DNA from: an uncultured Methanosarcinales archaeon
Lineage (GTDB): Archaea; Nanobdellota; Nanobdellia; Woesearchaeales; CAZPDB01
Direction: 5' to 3'
NCBI GenBank assembly: GCA_964585285.1
Contig: CAZPDB010000004.1
Location: forward strand, 2,839 to 33,195
Length of the DNA stretch: 30,357 nucleotides
The position numbers were made by a program, and so were the translations under genes. This document shows, in pieces, positions 7,725-19,000 of this stretch. The notes under the pieces were generated by a model, which searched no databases, was not told where the DNA came from, and saw only the letters and a list, made by a program, of their open reading frames with translations. Each line of letters opens with the position of its first letter. Position 1 is the first letter of the stretch.

Positions 7725-8873
7725 ATGAAAAAAAAGAGGGGGGCATTCTTTGAAGCCACCAGTACTATTATTGGCACTGTTATTGGTGCTGGAATTTTTG
7801 GCATTCCTTTTGTTGTTGCCCAGGCTGGTTATATCTCTGGTCTTTCCACTATCTTCATTGTTTGGGCTTTGATTCTTTGCACTTTTCTCTTGCTTGGCGA
7901 AATTGTTCTCAGAACTAAGGGAAAACATCAGTTAGCTGGTTATGCTCAGAAGTATTTGGGTAAAAAAGGCAAGACTCTTATGTATTTGGCTTTAATTATT
8001 GGTATTTATGGTGCTCTGATTGCTTATCTTATTGGTGAGGGCCAGACTATTTTTAACCTTTTCCAGCCACTTTTTGGAGGTTCTGTCTTTATCTATCAGT
8101 TGATCTTTTTTGTTTTTGGAGCGGGTATCATCAAGATTGGGCTTAAGGGTGTGAAGAAATCAGAATTTCTTCTTGTTTTTGCTCTGATTATTATTGTCTT
8201 GATTCTTTCTTTGCTTGCTCTTGCTTTTTTTCAACCATCTAATCTCCAGCAGTCTGAATTTACTCTTAAGAGTTTTTTCCTGCCTTATGGAGTTATTCTT
8301 TTTGCTTTTCTTGGTTTTGTAGCCATTCCTGAAGCTTCTCAAATTTTGAAAAAAAAGAAAAAACTTCTTTGTCCATCACTTTTTCTTGGCTCCTTGGTGC
8401 CTTTATTCATTTATGTTATTTTCACTACTGTTATAGTTGCTGCTACTGGCCAGCAAACCACTGAGATTGCTACTATGGGTTTGGGCCAACTTGATTTTTG
8501 GTTGAGAATATTTGGCAATCTCCTTGTTATGATCGCTATGGCTACTTCTTTTCTTGCTCTTGGTTTGGCTCTTAAGGAAACTTTTGTTTATGATTATAGT
8601 ATGAATGAATGGCTTGCCTGGGCTCTCACTTGTTTTGTCCCCCTCTTTTTTGCTCTTTTCAAGTGGGTGGATTTTATCCAGGCTATGAGTATTGCCGGTT
8701 CTATTGCTGGAGGTCTTTCTGGTCTTTTGATTATTTTTATGTATCCTCAAGCTAAGAAGTTAGGCCAGAGAAAACCAGAGTATTCCCTCAATCTCCCTCA
8801 CTGGCTTCTTTATCTTTTTGGAGCAGCTTATGTTATCGGTATTGTCTATATTATCCTGAATAATCTTCTTTAA
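7725..8873 (+). CDS. Aromatic amino acid permease (Mtr/TyrP-like, HAAAP family)
   Basis: GTVIGAGIFGIPF, YGALIAY, YGVILFAFLG and ATSFLA motifs; about 11 hydrophobic helices. Confidence 0.88.
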   Translation: MKKKRGAFFEATSTIIGTVIGAGIFGIPFVVAQAGYISGLSTIFIVWALILCTFLLLGEIVLRTKGKHQLAGYAQKYLGKKGKTLMYLALIIGIYGALIAYLIGEGQTIFNLFQPLFGGSVFIYQLIFFVFGAGIIKIGLKGVKKSEFLLVFALIIIVLILSLLALAFFQPSNLQQSEFTLKSFFLPYGVILFAFLGFVAIPEASQILKKKKKLLCPSLFLGSLVPLFIYVIFTTVIVAATGQQTTEIATMGLGQLDFWLRIFGNLLVMIAMATSFLALGLALKETFVYDYSMNEWLAWALTCFVPLFFALFKWVDFIQAMSIAGSIAGGLSGLLIIFMYPQAKKLGQRKPEYSLNLPHWLLYLFGAAYVIGIVYIILNNLL

Positions 8874-8947
8874 AATTCTCTTTACTCAAAAAATAGTTAG
8901 GCTAAATATTATAGAAAGATTATATCATAGAAAGATTATTAATTCAA

Positions 8948-11317
8948 TTAACTTAACAAGTTTTCTAAAGTACTTCTTTTTCTTTTTTTCTTGGATTTAT
9001 ATTTAACTATAACTATGGCTATCAAGCCAGTAAAAAGGATTAGCACAAAGAGCATTCCTAAAAGCAAGGGCAAGTTTTCTTTGTGTTTGAAGATTGCTTT
9101 TATTTTGTCCTTAACCATTTCTTTCCTGCTTGCTCTGTCTTTTACCTGCACTCTAAAACTTTCTTCCACTAAAGCTCCTTGTTTGTCTGTGACATAAACT
9201 GTGATTTCTTCTTCTCCAAACCAGTGCTGGCGAGGTATGATTACTAATTCATCTTGGTTAAGCTTTGCCCAGATGTGTTCTGTGCTGGTAGCTTCAAAAT
9301 AAAGAGTGTCATTATCCGGGTCTTTGAAGTATTCAGAGAGATTCATCTTCACCCCAGTGTTCTTAAGCATTATCTGAGCTTCTATCTCTCCTGGAGTTAG
9401 TTCAGTTAACATATTATCCCTTATATCTAAAGGATAAGATAATCCTATAATCAGTGCTTCAATACCTAAACCTATTATTGCCAGACCTAATACTAGTATC
9501 ACTGTCCACAATAAGGCCCAGTTTCTTTTTTTCTTAATTCTCAGTAATCTTTCCTTTTTTTTGGTTTTTTTCTTTTTTGATTTTTTTCTTTTGATTATTA
9601 ATAAGCTTAACAGAATTATAACTAAAATAATAATTAAAAGAATAATTGCTGTCCATACCGGATGATTTTTTATTGGCCTTGATTTATTCTTAGTCCATAC
9701 CCACCAAATTGGTTGTTCAAAAGAGGTTATTTTCACACTCAATGTTTGGCTGAAAAGAGCGTCTTTTCCTTCCCAATCTTTTACCTTGGCATAAATATCA
9801 ACTGTGTAACTTCCTTTTTCTGCTTCTTTTCCATTAGTATAAAGATCTATTGTTTTTATCTCTTCTGAGTTTAATTCAATTTCAGTTTTGTTTAGGCTAA
9901 CCCATTCTGGTCCTTCCAGTGATAGTTCTATCTCCACCTCCCGGCTGCCTTTATTTTCTACACTGACAGGGATAATGATATTGGACTTGTTAGTCACGAT
10001 TTTTGGATTGTTCTCAGCTATACCTATATTATAATAATCATCTATCATTATTTTTTTGGTTAAGTTTTTGGCATAGAGACCTTTTTCTGCTACTCCTTCC
10101 AGAATCAGTTCATTTTCTCCCAGGTATTCTTCTGGCCAGTTCCATCCTTCTTCCCCTTTCCCTAATACTAATTGAACATATTCTTTTTCATAAGGTTCCA
10201 GCTCAACTTTTTTCTTTTCTAATTGAGCCATTTCGCTGATAGCACTGATAGAATCCGCGCTGCTTAATTCTAAACTGACAGTGTTAGTAACATTATATAA
10301 GTTGCTCACTTCTATCCAGTAAATCCTCTGTCCTTCTTCCTCTCCAAAACTTATTTCAGCTGATTCTTCAAAAACAAGGCTCACATTTTCCAGCTCTGTT
10401 CCATCCCCTGCACTTTCATTTAATCCATTTTCCTCTACCTCATTTTCATCTCCATTATTTTCATTATCTGTCTGATTTGCTCCACTTTCTTCTCCTGTTA
10501 ATTCTTCTCTTAGCGTCCCAATCTTCAGCTCATAATCATAACAGGTTTGGTCTATTTCTAATTGAAAAGGAGTCTCTGTTTTCAGATTGCCATTCTGAGA
10601 AATAATTTCTAAGGTAAAATTTTGTTCTCCTGTTAATGAGCAGGGCAGGTCAAAATAGACATAAAGAGTCTTATTAGTTTCTCCTGGCATTATGCTGCTG
10701 GCTTCACTTAAAAGAATATGTTTGGTGAATGGTTTGACTGTGTAGCTAAATTCATCAGCGAATTTTTGTGTGTTTTGGATTATAAATGGATAGCTGGTCA
10801 AGGTGCATGGACAGGCTTTTGGTTCTTCTGGGGGCAGAGCAATAACATTAGGACACTTTTTAACTTCTATCTCCTGTTTTAACTGTTTTTTTAATCCTCC
10901 CAAAGTCTGAATATTAGTTATCAAGGAATATTTTTTTTCTTTATAATCGCACGGAATAGTTATAGTGTTGTAGATATAACCTGTTTCACCTTCATTTATA
11001 GTAATAATTGTTGGGGCTGTAGAAGTCAAAGCAGCCATATCTCCTTGAGTGCTTATTGTGTAAGTAGTTGGCCCTCCTTTTTTTTGAGTTAACCCACTTC
11101 CTCCTAGTTCATAAGTCACTATGTCTGAAGCAGTATTTGTCAGGGTTATTCTGCTCAGATAGGTTCCGCAGGCACAAACAGTTGGGCTGGCTTCTGCACT
11201 GGCTGTAAAATCTTCAGCTGCTGCTAATCCAGAGCTATTGATAAGAATTAAAAAGATTAAACTTAGAATAGAAAGAAGGAATATCTCCAGTGTCTTGCCT
11301 TTCTTAGCCTTAACCAT
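8948..11317 (-). CDS. Surface protein: signal peptide, Cys-paired Ig-like ectodomain, three TM helices and a cadherin-like domain
   Basis: Signal ending LAAA, beta-rich ectodomain with Cys pairs and sequons, TM-Lys loop-TM, NLSEYFKDPDNDTL..VTDKQG, final TM and basic tail. Confidence 0.8.
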   Translation of the reverse strand: MVKAKKGKTLEIFLLSILSLIFLILINSSGLAAAEDFTASAEASPTVCACGTYLSRITLTNTASDIVTYELGGSGLTQKKGGPTTYTISTQGDMAALTSTAPTIITINEGETGYIYNTITIPCDYKEKKYSLITNIQTLGGLKKQLKQEIEVKKCPNVIALPPEEPKACPCTLTSYPFIIQNTQKFADEFSYTVKPFTKHILLSEASSIMPGETNKTLYVYFDLPCSLTGEQNFTLEIISQNGNLKTETPFQLEIDQTCYDYELKIGTLREELTGEESGANQTDNENNGDENEVEENGLNESAGDGTELENVSLVFEESAEISFGEEEGQRIYWIEVSNLYNVTNTVSLELSSADSISAISEMAQLEKKKVELEPYEKEYVQLVLGKGEEGWNWPEEYLGENELILEGVAEKGLYAKNLTKKIMIDDYYNIGIAENNPKIVTNKSNIIIPVSVENKGSREVEIELSLEGPEWVSLNKTEIELNSEEIKTIDLYTNGKEAEKGSYTVDIYAKVKDWEGKDALFSQTLSVKITSFEQPIWWVWTKNKSRPIKNHPVWTAIILLIIILVIILLSLLIIKRKKSKKKKTKKKERLLRIKKKRNWALLWTVILVLGLAIIGLGIEALIIGLSYPLDIRDNMLTELTPGEIEAQIMLKNTGVKMNLSEYFKDPDNDTLYFEATSTEHIWAKLNQDELVIIPRQHWFGEEEITVYVTDKQGALVEESFRVQVKDRASRKEMVKDKIKAIFKHKENLPLLLGMLFVLILFTGLIAIVIVKYKSKKKRKRSTLENLLS

Positions 11318-11439
11318 TTTAGGATAAATAGGATAAACATTTTATATAATCATCACGTTTTTCACATCGCCATCTTTTTATTTAAAAATTTTAAAAAAAA
11401 TAAAAAATTAGGGGATAGGAAGTTGGAAAGGAAACCTAC

Positions 11440-12702
11440 TTAGTAGTAGGCTTGTCCTGAGATGTCTTCCTCTTCTTCTCCGCCTTTAAGTTTAGTGAAC
11501 AACACTATCAGTCCAATTATCACTAACAAAGCGATAAGCACGTAGAGGGTTACTTCTAGTCCCTTGATCAGTCCTTTGTCTCCACTGCCAGCTTTGACAT
11601 TAGCTGTCATAGTCACTGCATATTCTTGTTCTCCATCATTTAGTTTAACAGAGAACATTTTTGCTCCTTCTGCTGCCTCTTCACTTGGAGTCAGATAGAC
11701 ATAGATAGTTTGTGTTCCTTGTCCAGCAACTGAAATTGTATTAGATGGCTGTACTTGAACACTTGCCCATCCTTCTACTCCTTCAACACTCACCACAAAG
11801 TTTTTGCTTTGACTGGCTGGGTTGCTGATGGTTATTGGGAAAACAGCAGCTGTTCCTGCATTGACATCAGCAGACTGTGCTCCAACAGTAACACTTGGTT
11901 TAGCCTCAACATCAATAATTGGAATATCGCAGGACTCATCTTCTGTCACTAGGATATCATCTTCAACTTCATAACTCTCGTATCCCTCGTCGTATTCTAC
12001 TTCTACTTCCACACTGTATCTTCCGCCTGGAGAACAGTCTGGGATTCTCAAGTAGATTGGTTCTGAGAGGGTGCTCTCATCATATTCTAATTCGTCAATA
12101 TAAGTGGATTGTTCAACTCCGAGTTCTGGGATTCTTACTGTTACTTTGATTGCTTCCTCATCTTTTTCTCCCAAGTTCTTAACCCGAACATTAGCCACTA
12201 ACAATCTGCCTGCTTGAACACTGTGGGCTGGAGTAAAAACAACATCTCTAATCTTAAGCTGATGTCTTTCCACATCAAGTTTGAGATTAAAGTTTTCAAC
12301 TTCTTCATCTCCATATCTGTCAGCTACAACTACCCTTAATTTGTAGTCGTCTTCATCCACCTTGTCTGGCAGGTGCAATTTTAATTTCTTTACATACTTA
12401 ACTCCTGATTCCATATCTGAGATGTGTTCAAAATCTGCAATTCTTTCATGGTCATTATACTCATAACCAAAGATGAATGCAGCAATTTCCACATCAGAAA
12501 GATTATCCTCAGCTACAATTTCAACTCTTACTTCAAAGTCTCCATCTCTTATTAAGTCAAGTCTGTTGACTCCATTTGGTTCAACCTCAGTGCCGTCAAC
12601 CTGCACTTCGGTGATATTTACTGGCAGTGCCTGAGCAATTCCTACCAAAGCAAGTATGCTTACCAGGAACAACACTAAAACTCCTATTTTTCTTCCTTTC
12701 AT
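11440..12702 (-). CDS. S-layer-like protein with CARDB/NEW3-like Ig folds and a C-terminal TM anchor
   Basis: Signal ending IAQA, about three acidic beta-sandwich domains, C-terminal TM then EEEEDISGQAYY. GGGGGTAG SD-like sequence and a consensus promoter upstream. S-layer role is inferred. Confidence 0.7.
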   Translation of the reverse strand: MKGRKIGVLVLFLVSILALVGIAQALPVNITEVQVDGTEVEPNGVNRLDLIRDGDFEVRVEIVAEDNLSDVEIAAFIFGYEYNDHERIADFEHISDMESGVKYVKKLKLHLPDKVDEDDYKLRVVVADRYGDEEVENFNLKLDVERHQLKIRDVVFTPAHSVQAGRLLVANVRVKNLGEKDEEAIKVTVRIPELGVEQSTYIDELEYDESTLSEPIYLRIPDCSPGGRYSVEVEVEYDEGYESYEVEDDILVTEDESCDIPIIDVEAKPSVTVGAQSADVNAGTAAVFPITISNPASQSKNFVVSVEGVEGWASVQVQPSNTISVAGQGTQTIYVYLTPSEEAAEGAKMFSVKLNDGEQEYAVTMTANVKAGSGDKGLIKGLEVTLYVLIALLVIIGLIVLFTKLKGGEEEEDISGQAYY

Positions 12703-12793
12703 TTTATCCTACCCCCTTCAAATTTTTTGAAGATATTGTTTCTTATTTTTTTAGGAACATAACTTCTTCTTTATCGTCAAGTAACTTCCACCA

Positions 12794-12811
12794 ATATTTA
12801 AATCTTTCGCT
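12794..12811 (-). promoter_or_regulatory. BRE + TATA upstream of the S-layer-like gene
   Basis: Minus strand AGCGAAAGATTTAAATAT, identical to 25391-25408. Confidence 0.7.
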
Positions 12812-13020
12812 TTTTTAGTATATTGGAGTAGTTACATAAGTTCACTATTCTTAAGTTGTTTTTGTCTGGTTAAGTCCTCTGAATACTCTTGGTTTTCTCT
12901 TATTCCACCTATTTTTAGAAGCTTTCTTAGAAGCTTTTTCCAAAAGACTTGCTGTTCTTTTGAATTTTTAAGTTTTCTTGTCTTCTAAAAAATACTTTGA
13001 TTCATAACTTTTTTATGATA

Positions 13021-16000
13021 CTATTCTATAATTTTCACTTCTTGCCAGAGGATTCTTCTTTGTTCTCCATCTTCATTAATAGTTATCATAACCGGATAAA
13101 TTCCTGGTTTGGTTCCCGCTGGTATTCTCACTGCTCCCACTTTAGTCACTCTTTCATCATGTTCCAGTTTGAATGGACCGTATTGTCTGTACACCCCTAA
13201 CTCTGGCAGGGCAATTAACACTTTTGTCTTTCCCATATCATAATAATCATTATTTCTGAAATTTACACTCACCAACAAATCTTCTCCTGGACGTACTTCC
13301 CCTCCGTTGATAAACTCTACAAGAGAGAGATAGATTTTTCTTCTTGGCAGATGCTCTTTAGGAGGTACCATCACCCTTATCGTGAATGATTGTCTGTCAT
13401 TACTGGTATTCCCTCTTGTTCTAGCTTCAACTACTACTTTGTTGCTTCCTACTTGCTTCTTCTTTGGTGTCCAGACAATTAAACCATTTTTTTTATTAAT
13501 GGTCATGCCCCCTGGCTTATCTACCAGTTCATAAATTATTTCTTCTCCGTCTGGATCTACTGCATCCACATCATATTTGTATACTGAGTCAAACTCATTA
13601 GGATCATCAATTAAAAAGTCAGTTATTGGGGTGGAAATAATTCTCACTCCCCTATCCATCTCTCTCACCCTTACTTCAACAACTTCTTCCACACTATGAT
13701 TGCCATCACTCACCCTGACCACAAATTCATAGACTCCGCTATCTTCAAATCCAGTCTGCCATTCAAATCTATTTCCCACACCTTCTAAACTAACTTGTTT
13801 AAATCTAGTGTCATTAATTGAATAAATAAGTTCTTCCTTGGGAGTTTCTTCATCACTGGCATTGATAATAATGACTGCTGTCTCATTTTCCAGCACATCT
13901 AAAGAACCATAAATAGAATTTATTTCCGGAGCATCATTTTCAGGGTTAATAGTTAAAATAAATTCTGATTCAGCAGCCAAGTCCCACACCTTTGCTTCTA
14001 TCTTAAGGCTGGTGTTGCCATAGACATTCTCATAACTATTACAATCAAGATAATGTTCATTAATAATTGAGCAGGAAACTACTCCTTCATTGCTTGTATT
14101 GGCTGAGAATTCCACCAAACTACTATCATAAAAAGTTAAATAATCCCAAAGGTTTATTTGCCAGTTGCCAAAGTCTTCACTCAAATTTACATTTGGCATC
14201 TCTTCTAAGATCAATGCTGGAGAACCAACATTGACAGGAATGATTTCTTCCACTCTTCTCTCATCCGCATCTATCACTCCCACTCTAATCTGGCCGTTTC
14301 CCGGAGCTTGAGACCTCACTCTTAGGCTTTTCTCACCCTCACTAACATTTACAGTCTCAACTTCAAATACGCCTTCACCACCTTCAGTTATTATTTCCAT
14401 TTCAATTTCTCCTTCTATATCCCTGGCTCTCACAGTTACATTTTCTCCTTCTGGCAGTATTAAATTAACCTCATTAGGGCCTATTTCTATTTCTGGTGGA
14501 TTGTTAAGAATTTCTAAATCCATTTCCCATGAATCTTCTAATGTATAAGGCATTGAAACAGGCATTGAAACCAGCCTATAACCAATCTTTAATTCACCCT
14601 CTCCAGTCTCTGCTGTTACTGGAAGGGTTATCATAGCTGAGAAAGTCTCTTCTTCAAGGATGATATCATTCTCATTAATACTGAATATTTCATTTCCTTG
14701 AGAATCATAGATTGTTAAGTTTAGTTCACCTTCTCTGTGATTAACATATTCTTCGTCAAGATGATTATATATCTTAAAATTAATTTCTTCTTCTCTACCC
14801 CTATAAATTTCTTCAGCTAAGGAGCCTATTTCCAAACTTAATCCTGTTTCAATCACTTCATAACTAATCTTGTCCATTATCTGGTAACCTTGGTATTCAA
14901 GAGTAAAGCTAATCTCGTGTTCTCCTACACCAGAAACTATCCACGAACCAGAACAGGTTCCATCCTTATCAGAAGAACATTCATCCTTTTCTACTCCATT
15001 ATCATTAAAAGTAATTTCTGCTCCTTCAGCTGGATTATTATCATAATCTATTATAATCTCGCAGGTTTGTCTTTCTCCTTCAACCAGCCTGTCAAAAAGG
15101 CAAGTAGCAGAATAATTTATTTTCTCTGGGTCAAAAGATTCAATAACTTCAACTTCAAATTCAGTTTGAGCACATTCTTGGTCTAAATCACAGACTTCCA
15201 CACTTATTTTAATCTCTCCTTCTGCTAAAGCTTCTATGATTAGAACTTCTTCTTCAATCCTTGCTCCTACTATCTCATTATCCTCTACATCAATAACTTT
15301 CCATTCCAGAATTTCTTGATCTTCAACATCAACTGCCTTTCCTTCTAAATTAATTTCTCTTCTTTCTTCAATTTCTAATTCCAACTCTTCAAATTCTCCA
15401 ACAACCTCTGGAGGATTGTTCATGACCATGATAGTTACTTCTCTTTGTCCGCTGGTTTCATCTTCAAAATTAACTGCAAATGTTTTTAACAAAGTTTCGT
15501 CAATAAAATCATGATTAGCCGGAATCACTCCTTCAAACCTATAATAATCACCAACCAATCCCTCAGCATCCAACTTCAACTCTCCGCCAGCACTACTTCT
15601 TAAAACTGCGCTGGTCACAATGCTTTCATCACTCACCAACACATTCCCCTCATTCAAATCACGAACCCTAAAACTAACATAAATATCTCTGCTCCGATAA
15701 AACTCATCACTCTCCACACTATAACCACTATCATTATACACTCCCAAATCAGTAATGTTATACCTGGAACTAAACACACTATAACCAAAACTAGGCTCAT
15801 CATCCAAATCAGGCACAAACTCAGGGAACAACTGAGCAGTAGCATAAACCTCATAATCTCCCAGCTCCTCCTCTGTCCAGCTCGCACTACAACCACCACT
15901 CAACTCATCAGTCAAACACTCACCAACCCAAACATCATCATCCCTAACTCCAACCATACCATCCTTCTGATAAAAATTAACTTCCACCCCTCCCACAGAT

Positions 16001-19000
16001 GTTTCTCCTGCATTAACCATCACATTACAAGTCTGCCTTTCATCAACTGTCACAATCTCATCACAATCAATACTCTCCACTTCCAACTCATTACCCCTAA
16101 CACTAACCCCAACAATTTCTTCATCAAAATCCCCATCAAGATCAACCAGATGCAAAACAACATCAGCTTCACCAACACTCTCCCCAACCAAACTCAAAAT
16201 CTTTCCTCCTCCAAGATTAACCCCAACCACATCTTCATCAAAATCAACCAACTCCCAACTCAAATTCTCCCCACTATCCTCCAAATCAAACTCATACTCC
16301 TCCAAATTAAACAATCTCTCCTCACCCACTCTTAAATCAATCTCACCTAAATCCCAACCAACAACCTCTGGAGGATTGTTCATGACCATGATAGTTACTT
16401 CTCTTTGTCCGCTGGTTTCATCTTCAAAATTAACTGCAAATGTTTTTAACAAAGTTTCGTCAATAAAATCATGATTAGCCGGAATCACTCCTTCAAACCT
16501 ATAATAATCACCAACCAATCCCTCAGCATCCAACTTCAACTCTCCGCCAGCACTACTTCTTAAAACTGCGCTGGTCACAATGCTTTCATCACTCACCAAC
16601 ACATTCCCCTCATTCAAATCACGAACCCTAAAACTAACATAAATATCTCTGCTCCGATAAAACTCATCACTCTCCACACTATAACCACTATCATTATACA
16701 CTCCCAAATCAGTAATGTTATACCTGGAACTAAACACACTATAACCAAAACTAGGCTCATCATCCAAATCAGGCACAAACTCAGGGAACAACTGAGCAGT
16801 AGCATAAACCTCATAATCTCCCAGCTCCTCCTCTGTCCAGCTCGCACTACAACCACCACTCAACTCATCAGTCAAACACTCACCAACCCAAACATCATCA
16901 TCCCTAACTCCAACCATACCATCCTTCTGATAAAAATTAACTTCCACCCCTCCCACAGATGTTTCTCCTGCATTAACCATCACATTACAAGTCTGCCTTT
17001 CATCAACTGTCACAATCTCATCACAATCAATACTCTCCACTTCCAACTCATTACCCCTAACACTAACCCCAACAATTTCTTCATCAAAATCCCCATCAAG
17101 ATCAACCAGATGCAAAACAACATCAGCTTCACCAACACTCTCCCCAACCAAACTCAAAATCTTTCCTCCTCCAAGATTAACCCCAACCACATCTTCATCA
17201 AAATCAACCAACTCCCAACTCAAATTCTCCCCACTATCCTCCAAATCAAACTCATACTCCTCCAAATTAAACAATCTCTCCTCACCCACTCTTAAATCAA
17301 TCTCACCTAAATCCCAACCAACAACCTCTGGAGGATTGTTGAGTATCATCACTTCAACATCTCTTTGCCCGCTTGATTTGTCTGTATAATTGATGACCAG
17401 ACTTGTTAAGATACTTTCATCAATAAAATCATGGGTTAATGGGATTCGGGCTTCATAATGGTACCAGCTGTCAGAGAATCCTTTCTTATCAAATTCAAGC
17501 ACTCCTCCTGCTGCCGGGCTGCTTAGTCTTACTTCGCTCACTACTTCATTCTCAATTAGTTCCCCTGTAAATATCTCTTCTACTTGGAATCTGACATAAG
17601 CCCACTCTCCTCTGTAAAAAGTTTCATCTTTAGTGCTGAAATCAGCATTTTTTGAGATTTCCAGATTAGTGATATTATATTTTGAACTATAGACTTCAAA
17701 GCTGGCTGTTGGTTCTTTTAATTCCCAATCTTTAAACCCATCTTTTTCAGCTCCAGCATAAACAGTCCATTCTCCCAGCCTTCCCGGACTAAAAACTACT
17801 CCGCAAGCTCCAGTAATCTCATTTGTTGAACAACTACCTAAGCTTTCATCATTATCATAATTATAAAGTTCAACTTCTACCTCTCCAATCATTCTACTAT
17901 CAGCCTCTATCTTAGCATTGCATATCTGAGTGTTATCAACAGTCATTATAGGGTGAGCACAGTTAAGAGAAACAATAACTAATTGATTATCAAGCACCTC
18001 CACTCTAAAGATTCTGGCTTCCATTCCTTGGTCACTATCTACCACAGTCACAGTTATCTGGCTTGTTCCCTTAGCTTTTCCTTCTATCACCAATTCTTCG
18101 CCCAACACTTCTACTCCTACTATGTCCTGAGCAGAACTTTCTGCAGTGATAATTAATTGGCCATACTCATCTTCCAAATCACTAATTTTCTCTCTCAGGT
18201 TTATTCTTTTTTCTTCTCCAGTGTATAATTCAATATCAGAAATGTCTCCTATCTCTGGTTCGTTGTTCCAGAGATAAATCTCTTTGCTTCCTTGACCAGC
18301 AGTATTATCAATAAAATTAAAGGCAAAACTAAAGACCTTGCCTGGCTGGTTCTCATCTGTTGTTAAATAATCATCTGTTAATGGGATTGCTTCCAGATAG
18401 TATCTATAATATAATTGTTCTGCTGATATTTGGGCTAAGGCTGGAGAACTTAAAGTTGAAGCATCTTTATAACTTTCTACTTGTCTTACAAACATCCCGC
18501 TTCCTACTGGTTCTAACCCAATAAAATCAAAATAAAGTGGCTCAGCATTTTTCATTCTCAAGAAAACTTCTGTCACTACTTCCTCATTCACAAACTCTCC
18601 ACTGAATTTGTCTTTAACTTGGAATTGAACAAAGACCTGATCTCCTCTGTAAAATTCATTTACGCGATTAACAAAATCACTCTCATTATAAGTGTCCAGA
18701 TTAATTATTTGATATTGTTCTGCCCAGACTTTGAATTCTTTTTCTGTACTGCTCCTTGCTGATTCATATCCTTCTTTCTCAGCTTCAACATAATAACTGT
18801 AATTTGCTGGTTCAAGATTAATCACTGGTTCAATTATGACATAACCATAATCATCTGTTTCTCCACTACCAATACTTGTGCCATCTCCTAGTTTGAATCC
18901 AACCTCTGCCCCGGTAACCATATATTCTTCATCATCACTAGTGCTCACTCCAACCCTAGCTGTGCAGTATTGTTCTTTTCCCTGAACCACATTCGGATTA

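Noticed and set aside
12820-13000. Open - strand stretch RRQENLKIQRT..NQTKTT between the giant and S-layer-like genes
   Set aside because: No start codon in frame and no motif.
15654-17295. Duplicated small ORFs (81 aa and 61 aa pairs)
   Set aside because: By-products of the 960-bp duplication within the giant CDS.
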